Numbered from the stretch's first letter, positions 25,832-40,000 are shown. The stretch: 64,000 bases of DNA from Ptychomitrium polyphyllum (GCA_973851085.1 OZ316776.1:8308001-8372000); one strand, 5' to 3'. The notes: generated by a model not told the origin, from the sequence alone. Numbers and translations are program-made.

Positions 25832-27719
25832 TCATGCTGCCAACGAGAGCACATGTTCGGCTAGCTGCTTTGCTGAACCTGGCGCTGCCATCTCCAGCGC
25901 AGCCCTTCGCATCCTCTTCTGCACTGCATCGTCTCCTGCTAAGACAGCAAGACCGTTATCCTTCCAACCGCTTCTTACTTCGCATGGCACCTCGGATGGA
26001 CTCACACTCCGCCCCAACATTTCCCTAACCATGCACAGTCGATCGAAAAGTGAAGCTAAGTGGCACGGCCAGAAAACACAAAATCGTTCAGTCAAGGACA
26101 CGGAGGGTACGAGGGTCGGCCACAGCACCTAGAATCCTCAAGACCGCTGTCGCGAGACTCTCTGCATCGAGATCTCCCTCTGGTAGGATGACGGCAGCGC
26201 CGGCCTCAGCCATGGCCCGAGCGTTCTTCGTCTGATGATCCTCAGCTACAGAAGTGGCCGGAACCTGTCATGACTCCCCACGCTCAGCGCACTCTTGCGG
26301 ACACATCAGCAGAGAATGCAACAATCCAGAGCAGAGACCATCGACGCATTTCGTGCCAAGGAGTCTCATGCTGAAGAAGCACTTCCATTGGAACTGACAC
26401 CACATCTCTCGTCGTCCGAAGCTCGTACCAGAATGGCCGGCGTGGCAGTCACCAGCAACTCGCTGCAGGTTATTGCACCTGCCCTTGCTACGACGACATC
26501 TGCACTCGCATACATCATTTCCATGGCGTCCACATACCTGCCACCCATCCAGGAACCGCATCAGTGAACTCTTCTTCGCGGGAGGCCACCGAAGAGCCTT
26601 CCGCATATTTCGAGCTCCGAGCGAGCTTCGACCACGACAGAGTCATGCAATCACCGGTAGCAGAACGAGTGGAGCTCGATCACCACTTTCCCAGGTTACC
26701 GGGAACCCGCAACCTAGTGGACGTAGGACAGGGGTTGCGAGTACCCACGGCAAAAGAGCCAATCGTGGGTGCGTGCCAACTCTTCTCCGGGTGGTGTCGT
26801 AATTCGTCGCCCCGGTTTGCCAGATGATGTACCTCCGCGGGTTCTGCTCCAACAAGGATACGGCTATTCCTGCCATCGCCTCGTTGACGAGACGGGCCCC
26901 AAGAGATCCTCCCATCACACCGACGACCTCCTCGCCTCCGCCCGCATCCAACCCCGCGCCACCGAAAAACGTTCGCAGCGCAGACAACCGGTCAATCGGC
27001 TGCTGGAGCACACGCCTCGTGGGATTCCCAACCAAGACGCATCTGCTCTCGGGAAAGTAGACGGCAGCAGCCGCGAAAGCCACGAACACCACCTTCGCAA
27101 CCCTGCCGAGGATGCGGTTGCTCAGTCCCGCATACGCGTTCTGCTCCTGGATAGCCACCGCGACCCCACTCAGGGCTGCCATGAGACACAACGGACCTGC
27201 GACATAGCCCCCCGTTCCGACCACCACATCGGGCCGAAACCTGCGCACGATTCTCCAGGAAACCCACAGGCAGAGGAGCAACCGCACGGGCAAAAACACA
27301 TTGGACAGGCTCCAAAACGGCCGCCGTATCGCCACAGCAGGGATCGGCGAGATCGCATAGCCTGCTCTGGGCACTGCAACCCACTCCATCCGCTCTCTGG
27401 TCCCCACGAACTCGATCTCGGCCGCCGGATTCAGCTTCCCCACCTCGTCCGCAATTGCGAGAGCTGGATACACATGGCCCCCCGTGCCCCCCGCGGCAAA
27501 CAGAATTCTAGGTCCTGCGCGCACAGCATCGCTGCTCCTCTCGTCCTTCCCGGTCGCTGCACAAACGCCTCTAATCCTCTGGACGTCCCTCAATCGTGGC
27601 ATCACCGGCCTCGGAGCAGGGGTACAAATGGAAAATGATACATTCCAAGGGCCACACTCGAATACTCCACACCCCGGAGAGGACCGCAGTGAGCCACAGC
27701 TCGCCCATGGCAACGCCAT
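25832..27719 (-). CDS. murG: Plastid MurG (GT28 lipid II-forming GlcNAc transferase); exons 27719-26749, 26537-26429, 26264-26129, 25935-25832
   Basis: AAGGTGGHVYPALAIA, VVVGTGGYVAGP, QEQNAYAG, MGGSLGA, WQTG, ARAGAITCSEL, HQTKNA; N-terminal extension; GT-AG introns; start codon uncertain. Confidence 0.93.
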
Positions 27720-29720
27720 TTCAGTCCAGCCCTGTCGACAACGAACAAGCTCGCCTGCCAAACATCAGCGTAAAAATCCAAACGGGCGTGCACCAAATGA
27801 AAATCGCAAGGACAATCAACACAGGCATCGTAGTGCACAATCAATGCGGACCAGAATACCCTAGTAAAATTTCCAAGTTGTGAAACTCATCATCTTGAAA
27901 ACTGAAGAGCGCCGAGAAATCTTAAATTCTTATGGGAATCCGTCTATTTTTAGCGCTCAACTTGCAGCAAAAATATGAACCTTCACTTTGCGTCCATATA
28001 AACCTTCGCTTATTTTCCACTTGAAACTTCAGTATGAGCTTTCACTTAGCTGCGTGAACTGAATACAGGTAAGGCATTTTACGCAGGTTTTTGTACATTA
28101 TTTGAAAGTATAACAATAAAAGTAAAACTATAAAAGTGGAACGTAAAAGCAAAAAGTAAGTTTGATATGTGCCGACAGACAGACGGAGATGACAGGACAA
28201 GAAGGTTTCGTTTACAGAAACCTTAGACTCCCTAAAGATTTTAGTCGAAAGTTTACGATCTTTAGCCAAGACATCCTTTAGTTTAAGTTTCAAAAAATTG
28301 AGGCTCTGCATCATAGCTGACTGAAGAAAGCAGCAATTTTTGTCGCATGCCCCTTAAAAGCTCCAGCAGACAATGCAGGTAACATGTCCTACTAGAGACC
28401 AATCAACACATCCCTTTGTGTTTGCCGAACAAAACGTCACTTACCATTACACGTGATGTTGATAATGTACAGGCTGGGATTATTGAAGCACAGATGTAGC
28501 TGCAATCTAGTGTGTCACAGTTGGATGATTGTTACACGCGAACTAAGCCTATGATTAAACTACCTGCGCCAAGGCTTGTCTCAACCTGGAGTGAAGTGGT
28601 TAGCAGATTATTAGCAGAATCCGAAGGAAGAAATCATTGAAGGGAAGTTCAACTCAGTTGTATGGATCATTCTTGAGTCTTCAAAATAAAGAACCTCAAA
28701 CTTTGATGGAATGTAAGCATGCCCTTGTCTTTGGAAAGGAGAATCAACATCCTTTGCAAAGAAAAAGTACAAAGCAACTTTTGTTGAAACTATAAAGGTT
28801 ATGTAAGATAGATATATCCATGGCCATAAGTTTAAGTTCAAGCTATTTTTGTTCGTGCATATCATGCAAGAAAAGTTTCGTTTGTTGAGTAATACTAGAG
28901 GTGATTGGGAAATAGGTGTAATGTGGAATAAGGTTTGACATGATGGATGATAAAATCCCATAATATTTATACTTAATTTAAAAAATTGGAAAATAAATAT
29001 TGGATGGAATGGACAATATCAATGTAGGTGTACTTCATTTTAAAATCATATATATGATGTTCCAGGGTACCAATTTATAGGGAGTATGGTGTTAAATTCG
29101 TGGATTGATATTCAATACTATGCGTATTACTTTGAGTCAATGGTTTTTTTCTCTTGTACTTTAAATAGTGTTGATTTGGCAATATAAAATATTGTAATGG
29201 AATCAAATGTTTCTAAATTCATGAATATTTTGAATAGAGTTCAATTTTCTCCCATATTCAAAAGTAAATATTACATACAAAGGTAAATACTATACGATGC
29301 AATAATGTAAGCCCAAACAGTCTAAGAAGTGGCTAATCCATCTATTAAAGTGAAGTCAGGGAAAGGACATGGAGATGATACTGCTACTGCAAGAAGTCTT
29401 GGTGTAGATGAAGAGGAATCTAGATTTAAACGAGGAATCCATTAACATTCCGATCACGATTAACGGATGAACGAAATGGGTTCGACAGTTGACTCACGTC
29501 CCATGATCACTGCACACTAATGCAGAATTGCACACTATCGATCAGATTTAGAATCTAGACGAGGGGATCTAGATGCTACATCGATCAGATCTAAAATCTA
29601 CACGAGGAGGTCTAGAGGCTACTAGTAGATTGAGAAGCTCGTTGTTATTCAACAGGATCATCGATCGACTGGGTTGGGTTGTGTTGTTTGGTGTTTGGTT
29701 TGCTGGAGATTGGGGAGGGA

Positions 29721-30457
29721 ATGGCGCCAGAGAGGGCAGAAGTGGAGGTGAAGTTGGGAGTGCCGGTGGAGCAAATCTGGAGTGCGGTGAAGAAGGTGGA
29801 ACTGCTCATGCCCAAGGTTCTGCCCGACGTCTTCGTCACTTGCGATTTGGATGGCGAGAGTGGACCTGGCTCCGTCCGCGTCTACCGTTGCGGTCCTGGT
29901 ACGTCATATCTGATCTTGTAGACGTTGGATCTTGTTGTGTGCATGTATGAAAGTTTTTATTTGTGTTAGGTCATTTGTTAACTACTGGGTTTCTTCATCT
30001 AGGTGTTGAGTAGGTTGTATGAGTTTGTTGTGTGCCGGGCGTGTCTGAGATCTACGATCGCTTTTGTGTGATGATTTTCAAGAATGTTTTGTGTACGTCA
30101 AGTGGATTTCAGGTTCTAGGAGGATTTAGGGTTTAGCAACTAGGTGATTAGTCTGTTCGTAATGGTTTGGCAGCAATACAAGAAGGTTTTGTAATACGGG
30201 AACGCGTTGATGAAATCGACGACGAGGCACATTCAATGAGCTACACTGTGACAGAAGGCGATCCCCGGTATAAGTCGATGAGGGCAACCATAAGGTATTT
30301 CCCGAGCGAGGACGGCGCCACCTCAACTGCAGTGTTCAAGGCTGAGTATGACATCGATGATTCTGAGGAGGGGTTTTCAGACGAAATCACTGAAATGATT
30401 TCATTGATGCAGACAAGCTTGTGTGAGTATCTTCTCGCTAATCCTGCCTTTGAGTAG
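29721..30457 (+). CDS. Bet v1/PR-10/MLP-like (SRPBCC fold) protein; exons 29721-29898, 30174-30457
   Basis: LMPKVLPD, Gly-rich loop DGESGPGSVR, ERVDEIDDEAHSMSYTVTEGD, C-terminal EYLLANP; single phase-1 intron as in PR-10 genes. Confidence 0.88.
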
Positions 30458-32445
30458 GTCTATCGAAATGACTTTGAGGTTCGAGTACGGCCATCTGTAT
30501 GCTACGTCCCATTTTACGTTGTGATTTTAGGTTTTTGCTAATACTGAGAAATATATCAAATCGAAGGTTTACAGAGACTCTAAGAGCGCTAATCTTCTTA
30601 TCATGTGGTGCCCTAAATTTGTAGGCTTACATGATGCTTGGATTTTCGCTGTAGATAGAATAAGGGTTGAACATCCTGTTGTTGACCCTTGAATGGACGA
30701 TGTCCTGGTTCCTTGACAAGAACATTTTCTCATACCCACTTGAGGAACAACATTATTATTTTGTTGAAAACTCTGACAATGTTACACTGTTTTGTTGTCT
30801 AGAAAGGTTCTCTTGCTTACCTAGTTCATATAACTATAAGATGCAAGATGCATTCTAGGTTGTAAATGTAAGGAAAGATTAGAACCAGCAAGAGCAACAA
30901 TATTGGAAGGGATTTTCGACATCCCATAATCATCAATATAGACGCTTCTTGGTTCTTGCTTCATTGTACTATGTCTGCCTCTTCTAGTTCAATAAATGTC
31001 AGGGGTTGCGCAGGGAGTCCTCCTTGCCCAAATTAGGGTGGATGATTTTTCACTGGGCTTGAATTTCAGTGTCGTGAGGAATCATTTCAAATGCAGTGTG
31101 TTTACCAGTTCAAGTCGCTGCAGTTGATACTTTCCGATTTGCACTCTGCACTTTGCATTGTACTGCTGAAGACTACTCTTCACAGATGTTTACCGAGTCC
31201 AGAGAATCCGAGTCTAACAGGTCCAAGTATTAATAAATGCTCGGTTAAGTAGACACCAGGCTAGTAGGCATCTCTATCAGAGCCTTCAGGACTGATTCCT
31301 GGAGCTCTGCAGAAGACACTTTCTGAACTGCTACGTTGAATTAGTCAACATCCAATTACGTGCGGATAAAGTCGATAAGCTGGCTTATGCCTTGCATAGC
31401 CAGTCAGAAAACTACTCGTGGTAGACCTTATCAAAACTGGAAATCTCAGGCGAATGATAAACTGCACCATCGCTCGAAATAAACCGACTCTTCTTTGCAG
31501 AAAGGAGATTGATCTTGTGACTATGTACTTATCAAGACGTCTTAAAAGTTATTGTCCTGTCTAAAGAAAACCCACATACAGGTTCCTTGTAAAGCTGATC
31601 CTGCTGTTTCGGAGAAGATAAGTTCTGAAAATACAGTTTACTACTGTTCCGTTGTAAAGTCCGGAAGCTTCAGGAAAAAGTAAAAAATTATTGAAACTGT
31701 TACTGATTGGTGCGGCTATCTGTTCATCATTTTGATTGTATTTTATTATTTGGATTTTTATTCAAACAAGCGTTGTGGCCTGCAGTATGGCCAAAAAAAT
31801 TCAGATTGGAAAGAGAACCTAGTAATACACGCCGGTCAATTGGTATGAGACTCAGAAGGCCAGATTCCACATAGGTTGTGACGACCAAGGTCTAATATCA
31901 ACTAACGTACCAGCTCTCAGCATGGGAGTCATCAAAGCCATCCTGTGTGCAAAGATGCTGCTGAAGACAATTCGGGAACATACGGTCTTTGGCGGCAATC
32001 CAGCATATATATCAGTCAACTGGGATCTGGTAGTAATAGAGATCAACAATCTGTGCCGTAAGGAACACTTGACGACGTTGCCTTTACACCAAGTTTTCTT
32101 AAGTTGACGCTTGATCTCGGTTGCGGATTCTTCGTCCAATTCAAGCACTCTGATTTGGGTGAAGTCGAGAATTTTTCAGTTTTCGTGGAAGGTGATGCTG
32201 CACGAGGTTCGGTAACTTAGTGAACAGTAGATATCTTCGCATGCCCGGCAACGTTGTGAGCGCTACGCTAGGTGAGTGGGGCGAAGACGCAAGCTCCACT
32301 GCAGGATTAGCGTGCAGTTAGGATTATTCGGGGTTGAGAATGTATTGGAAGACAAGAGAGGTTAGGTTTTGATCAGGTAGTGGGGACGAGGAGGGGAGGA
32401 GTTCGAGGTGAGGTGAGGTGAGATTGGTTGCAGGAATTCGAGTAG

Positions 32446-32826
32446 ATGGCAGGCCCTGGTGAGGATTTCGATCACCTCTTCAAGGTCCTCTTGATAGGAA
32501 ATTCTGGTGTCGGGAAGAGCAGTCTCCTGCTGCGGTTTACGGCCGGGAAGTTCGATGACCTATCACCGACAATTGGAGTGGATTTCAAGGTCAAGATGCT
32601 AACTGTACATGGGATTGCATTTGCGAGGCAGCACGGGTGCTTGTTTCTTGAAGCAAGTGCGAAGACGAGCATCAACGTGCAACGCTGCTTCGAAGAGCTC
32701 GTGCACAAGATTATAGACACGCCCAGTTTGACAGCCGACACGGCTCAAGTGAGATCGAATCTCTTGAGACCTGACAAGGCATCGGACCAAGGCTCTTTTA
32801 CACCAGGTGGCCTGTGCAGCTGTTGA
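32446..32826 (+). pseudogene. RabC/Rab18-type small GTPase with in-frame internal deletion (pseudogene or truncated variant)
   Basis: G1 IGNSGVGKS, G2 PTIGVDF, G5 EASAK and C-terminal CSC are present; G3 WDTAGQE and G4 NKxD are absent; junction near 32605-32610. Confidence 0.8.
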
Positions 32827-35800
32827 TATCTAGATTTGAAATTTCGTAAGAGTACTCACTTCTTTCGAAATTCGGTCGTAATTTTTCAGTGCAGATGTTC
32901 ATTCTTCTTAACCTAGGAATCATTGTATCACTTACTGCAGCTCTAGGCAGTTTTTCGGGGTCTTTTATTAATTATAATGAATGCGCTCAAAAGGAAATGT
33001 GAGATTACGGGTATTGCTTTGAAAATGTGTTAGTAAGCCATGGTTAGGGTCAAAGGCATCTGAATATGTACAAGTATGTAAAAGGGGGAAACCTGACGTG
33101 CTGTTCCAGCAATTTAATTTGATTGTAGTTATGTATCTTCAAGGTTATTCATTAGTGGTCATTGCTAATATTGGCTGTAGACTTTTCTATCAATTCCCTG
33201 AGTCGGTGAACTTCCCTATGTTCCTTACGTTTGTGTCTAATCCTGAGTCTGCTTGTAGACCTGAATCATGCTGTTCCTGTTTTTTGAAGGTGTTTTTGGT
33301 TGCATGAGGGTGATAATTTTTCGTATCGGATATTCAATTTGCAAGTCGAAAGTAGGATTGCGTTTAGAAATATAACTTTCATGATGTCACATCTGTGGAT
33401 TGTGATATTATTGTCAGTTAGAAATGGGTAGCGTATGTTGCATACAAGCATCTCAAACGCCTCTAATCATCTGTACTTGTGGGACTCGGAGGATTCGAGT
33501 CACTGGGTTAGTTGACCGGTCACACTTGTCAATATGATGATTTGGCTGGAAAGCAATGCAGTGTGTTCTGGTGAAGGGAAGTAGTGTCGATTGTATAACG
33601 GAAAGGTTTATGCTTCCTTGGACCGCTTTGTTCTTAAATTTCGCTATACTTGCCAAGTTATATAAGTGAGTTTTAATCGATGTTTGACCCATACCCACCA
33701 ATCTTGATACAGTATGTTTGGAGTAGGAATGTTGCATTCTGCAGACCTTCGATGACTTACATTGCTTTTCACTGACTTGGATTTTGTTGCATACTTGTGC
33801 GTAATTTGTTATTTATAGAAATGGAACTTTGTTACACATCAGGAGTTTTCTTCATCACATGAAGGTAGGGGCCCTTATCCTTGATAACTGTGATCTCACA
33901 ACCGGAATAAAACGTGTGATGTGCCTTATTAGATTAAGTGCCAACAGCTGGGAGAAGCCTTGTTTCATTGTGCTGTCCAGGTGGGGGGAAGAGCTTGTCA
34001 ACTGGACTGGATGTCTGCTCCGCTGCTGATTTGTCGTATGGTGCGCTACCTCTTGATCTGAGGAATCCATAATTTAGTCCACTACAAAATTTGAGGTGGG
34101 AGCAAGAGTATTTGTGTTTAGTTGTCAAGTTTCTCCAATCAGTAAGTATCTGGTGCTGTTCAGATAAAATTGACTGAATAGTGGAAGTTACAGGGCAGCT
34201 TGAAGGCCAAGGAATCTGAATAGCACTTCGTTATCTTTTTTGACATGGTGCATAATTTGAGCTTGGAATAAGGTGCGGTGCACTGCAGATAAGAATCTGT
34301 TATTTAGAATTAGGGCCTGATACCCTGATTAATTCGCCCGTTTAATACGTGGCCATGGGTAGCAAAGCATTTAAAGAAGCATATGGCAAAAACGATCTAA
34401 CTTCTCGCTCATGAGCTCAATGCATCTAAAGACCGGCTTTCTCTAGATCTCCTCTCAGCCAGTCAATCCTACTTAGGTCTCTGAAATCCAACAAGTATTT
34501 ACAGGACCAAGCTCATTAGGTGATGTCCTACACCATCATGATTACTTTCCAAGCTGAGTTCAGACAAGACGTTTAGGAGAGCTCCAAACTGGTCTATACC
34601 CACACAGTTCTTATGAATGCCCGCAAATCTTGCATTGGTGCAAAATCAATGACAATGATGGAGTGCTGAGCACCATTTGTCGAGTGACAGAGAAGAATAG
34701 AATTCCGATCTACGTAAAGCTCGCAGGATCATATGCAGGATGATTATTGTAGCACATAAGAGCCTGGAGTCCTGGAATCTTGTCCTCGAGTGACCTTTTG
34801 CCTGGTACGCTAACCATGAAAGAATGATTGTTTCCAGGACCTTCGCTTTTGTTCCTTATTGTTTTTTGGGGACCCAAGTGGCTTATCATGACTTAACACG
34901 AAAAAGTTGGTCCTAAAATTGTAGTGAATTCACTTACACCGGATTGTGACATATACTTGTGGTTCATTCATGATTTCACGGAGATTCCTTCATACTTTCT
35001 GCACCACCATAGCAGGGTTAATTCTTTTGGCATGGGCAATGAGGCATGATGACTGGCAGCTGCTCATTGGTCAAGTGTACAAAATGTGTTCAATGTACAG
35101 CCTGCCTACCAGTCGAAGAAAAACACTGCACATGGTCTCTCTCACAATGACGATTCAACGTATAATGCCAGTGCTGATCGAACCATATAGAAAACCATAT
35201 AGCTGCATAGTCAATATAGTCTGTGATACTTTTTGCTTGCACACGGTCATGATGGGTATTTCGATCCACTTTTGTCAAATGATAATATCAAAAAGAATTA
35301 CTGTGAGCCGTTATAAAAACCCTGCTTCCCATGCAGCTTGCTGTAAATTAGTAGATACCAAGCCAGCAGAGATCGACTAATGATTATTTTGCAATAAGTT
35401 CTGCATCTCAGTTGAAGCGTGCTCTGGCCTGAATTAAAAGTAAAATCCTCAAGTTTCTCTAGGTTACCCTCAGTCTTCTAAAAATCGGTAATAAGAGGTA
35501 ACTCATAATTCTGTAAACAACGCAACTCCGAAGTTTCAGCAAATGATCATTGAATCTAAGGTAGCCAGGCCCGCTCAATGGGCACCATAATGACTTTGCT
35601 GCATTCATATTAGAGATAGGATGTCATGACTTGACCATTTCCTATTTTGGTTTCTAATGATCGAGAATGATACTGGTACTGCAAGTAAGTTCTGCAACAC
35701 ATTTGAAAAGTTTTAAACTGTTCCTATTTTCTTGGAAATAAGTTACCAATCGGTTCATAGCTGCTCCTACATTTTGCAGACAAGTTGCATATGTACCTCC

Positions 35801-37029
35801 CTGACTATTATGACTTGGAGGTACAACCTCGTCTAGAAACTTCATATAAAATTGGTGACAAAGCGTAAACAAAAACTAAAAACTTCTACTACTTCAAACT
35901 GTCGTGCTTCACTTGCACTAGTGAAATGAAACTCACGTTCGGCCAGATATGAAATAGAAATGTCAAGTTTCCCTAAACCCTAAACCTTTAGAAATGCATA
36001 GTGAAGCTGAACTGTAGCCAACTATTTACTCCAAGTCAAGAATTTCGCTAACTTGAAAGTACACTTTGCTATACTGTACTGCACAGTTCTTACTTTTAGA
36101 GATAATATGTACGGTTGTAGTACTGTTCACAACAAAAAATCAGGACTGTAAATGTGTCTGATCGTGGTTCATGTTTAGATCTTCGCCGAATTTTAGAAAC
36201 GATCACGACGTGTACAATCTCGGAACATTCAATCCGTTCCAGCAGCGCACCCGTTCGTCAACCGTCGATGAGGACGCCTCTCGCTATCAGTTACCAGTAT
36301 GAATTGAGATGCTGGCGTTTCACTCAGCTCTTAGATGAAATCACCCATACACTTTTTCTATCTCCGAGGAATTCTGTCTTGTCGCAAGCCAGGTTAGAGA
36401 CTTGGAATCCACAGAGAAAAATTGAAGTGGCAGTCTAGAATTGATCTGCGTCGACGGACTTAGCAGTTTCTTTTCGGCTTTGCCAATTGCCTGGTTGTTA
36501 CACCCAGCACTTCGGCGTCTAGATTAGCGACGCCGACTGAGGCCCACTACTGGAGGATCGCTTGCTTTGCCCACCTGAATCGTCCACATTAAAGCCTGCA
36601 TAACACCCTTTTTTTCTCGGAGCTGGGTTCAGGTGCCAGCCCGTCACATCACGAACCGGACAATCCCGCGTACAAGCGCTACTGGGTTGGTGATGGCTCT
36701 CGCGAGCACTTGCTCGCTAGAGTAGAGAGGCAACACGAGATCTGTCTTATATCCAGCTCTTCGGGGCTGAATCTGCTGGAGAAGCCCCGACAAAGCCCTG
36801 TCATAGAAGACGACTGCATTTGGTTCCATTCAAGTGATTTGAAGAACTTGAATGTGTTGCGCAATCTCTTGGCCAAGTTGTTGACTGGAGGCTTTAGTTT
36901 GAAGTTTGAAGATCTCGACGTTTCGATTGAGGATGTGGCCGCCAGCCAGGGGTGGCGGAGCATTATTTGGTGTTTGAACTTGATCATGTGTGCGGAGATG
37001 GGGAGGAGAGTTACAAGTGAGGTTTAGAG

Positions 37030-40000
37030 ATGGACAGGTATAGGGACAGGTCGAAGTGGTGCAATCTTCGTGAATCTGAATTGATGGGATTGGCAGCGAT
37101 GTACTTTGCATTGCTACTGATGTTGTCGTGGGCTTTGGTTGTGGATTCTATGACGCTTGAGGAATTCGCTATTAAGGAGAAGAACGTGCGCCGGTTAGCC
37201 GACGACGCGCTTCGATCGGCTCAGGATACAGAGGAATGCGGTAAGAATGCGCTCCACATCTTGTTGGAAAAGATGACAGGGTTCGGTCTGCATAGGATCT
37301 GTATCTGGTTTACCAAACGGGATTGGTTGTGTAGGGCTTTCGCTGTGCGTTGACAATTGCTCCCGACATGCCTGCTCAGCGATTCACAACGACAATTTCT
37401 TGTGTGCCAATACGTTCAGACCCGTCGCGGATTGCGATAGGCTTAATCCGAACAAAACATGCATGCAATTGCAGCTCAACTTCGGCAAGAATGGCTTCGT
37501 ACGGTAAGCCGAACGAACATACTTCAGCGTTAGCTATCTAATGATTTGTCTAGTTTTTCTTGCGGTGAGAGGGGTGACATTCCTGACGTTTCATAACTCC
37601 AACCTAAATTTGTGAGAGAAAACTCCGTATTGTAGAATTCCGTCATCGTTTCGCAACTACTCGAACGAAAATCTGAGGCCGGAAATCAAACGAGCAATCT
37701 GCTCGCAGTCGAATCTTCAGTTCTCGGCGAACAGCAGAATCAACCTCACATTCTGGAACTACTTCGGCTCAGCAGAAGGTGTTTGGCGAAGCTATCCTGG
37801 ACGCGTAAGCTCCAATCCTCTTGAAACATTCGGATACTCGGTGCGCAATTCATGGAGCTGCCAATCGTGAACATTTTATGCCCGATAAGTGTTAATCATT
37901 TTAGCAGTTTTTGGGGTATAATCTAAGCTGTGGTTCTATCTAAATGAATGGAACTACTAGGTAGCCGAGCCTGACCAAGGCTGCGTCACATTCGATCCTC
38001 GCAAACGACCTTGGCACATCGATGCAACGGCGGTTGTGAAGGACCTGGTGGTGCTTCTCGACACCGGACACGCAAAAACCGACACTTTCGACTTGGCAGT
38101 GAAATCTGTTTTGGAGCTTTTCGATACATTTCGGGTCGACGATTCTGTCAATGTTGTGACGTTTGATTCGACAACTGCAGCTCTAATGCAACCACAATCT
38201 GTAAGACTGTTTTGGCTCAGTAACTCAGCGAGTCAGCGCTGCATCTCCTTTGAGGTGGTTACACCGCTACAATTGTAGATATTCAATTTTGAAATTTTGG
38301 GTTTGTATCCAAGCCTATGCCCATTTTTTACCTTTCCTTTCTTCTCTGTACTTGATATGGATCATCATGCAGTTGCCTGTAACCGTGAATAACAGCAACG
38401 ATCTGCGCACGAACTTCAATATATCCAAATTGAAGAATAGCGCCAATGGCTTCTCGAACCTCGCTCAAGGATTCGACACAGCAAGAGCAACGCTCAGTCC
38501 TGCGAGCACACTGAAGGTGAGTATGTGTTGTTTCCTTCTTTAAGACCAATCCGCCATAATTTTCTTTTGCCTCTTCAAAGTCTCTATGGTTCGGAATTAA
38601 CACTTCCACTGCTCCCTGACAGATGTTTCTCGTATTCACTGACGGCCAGTTCTCCAAGAATCCCGCTTTCGACATAGATGTAACCCTCCAGCGTACGCTT
38701 GCGAATCTCAATGCGAACAACGTGATCATCTTCTTTTTCAGCATTGGTCCGTGCGAACAAGACAACCCTCCTGATCCCCTCACAAACCTTCGCAACATTT
38801 CATGTCAAATGAACAGCTCCGTGACGTAAATTACCAAAGAAGATGCGTTCTGGAATCCACTCTGGGCCATTCGACCGTACTTCGATTACCAAGCCAAATT
38901 GCGATTCAAGCAGGATGTCACATTCTGGAGCAATCCCTACATCGACTTTGATGGTCTGGGCGAGGTTTCCACTGTCACTTACCCAGGTATGCCGCTTATC
39001 ATCCTCAAAAGCTAAAATCCTAAATCTGAAGATCTCTATTATAAATGCACGACAGAAGGGATTGATATTGACCACACCGGAGGTCCTTTCTGTGCACAGT
39101 ATTCGCGGACGGCATCTTGTATGGAGTTGCAGGCATTGACGTGTTTGTAAACGAAAGCGACTACATCGTCATCCAGCAGAAAGCTGCGAATCCGAATGTT
39201 CGAGCAATCCCATTAAAGTGTGAAAAAGTAAACGTGAGTAGTAAATTACAGCTCTAGCCCAGATGCTCGTTACAACGCCCTGTGTTTCAGATTTTTGGGA
39301 AGGATGGAAGAGGGCTCTAATATTTGAGAATTTTTTTTCCACGTTGTGTGTGGTTGCAAAGGCGGTTGACATGAGGTTGATCGATGTTCTTCGTTATCTG
39401 CAGGTTAATCTTAGCCAATGCACGAAACCTGTAGACCCAACCCTAAAACCACTCTGTGAACAAGACGTGTATGTCAACGAGAAACCGGCGGACGTGTATG
39501 AGAAGCTGCTGTGCTGTGACACATGCGCTATTGTAAATCCCAATGGGCGAAACCTTCTTCCAATATATTTGTCCGTGGTATTTACTAGCGCTTTTGCCGT
39601 GGTTCTGATGATTGTCATCTGTGTCCTGGCTTCCAAGTACAGAGCTGCTCAGATGTATGTTCGAGAGATTCAAGAAGGTATCGTTCCATTTCTATACTTA
39701 CTGCTCACAACTGCAATTTCTGTGTTGCAAGTGTGTCCGCGTTCACATCTTTGTCGTTATTTCTGGTTACATGAATTACATACGTCATGTAAATGTTGGA
39801 GGCACGTATGTATTCATGTTCTGCTGGTGGTTTCAATTTTCAGATTTTGCGAAGGCATCTATATCAACCAACCTGTTCACGTACAAGGAGTTGAAAAGAG
39901 CGACTCGTAATTTTCACAATGACAACAAGCTGGGCGAGGGTGGATTTGGCGAAGTTTTTCTGGTAAGCACAAGGGAGGAACTCTCTTTTGTAAATCACGG

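Noticed and set aside
26769..27638. 289-aa plus-strand ORF
   Set aside because: Antisense shadow of MurG exon 1
25832..27719. MurG as bacterial contamination or recent HGT
   Set aside because: It has spliceosomal introns and an N-terminal extension; plastid Mur genes are known in mosses
31852..32148. 98-aa minus-strand ORF upstream of RabC
   Set aside because: No recognisable domain or splice partners
35971..35987. Telomere-like ccctaaaccctaaacc
   Set aside because: Only about two units; such telo-box motifs are common in plant genomes
33000..36600. Several 60-144 aa ORFs in the long intergenic region
   Set aside because: No motifs, codon bias or exon chain I could support
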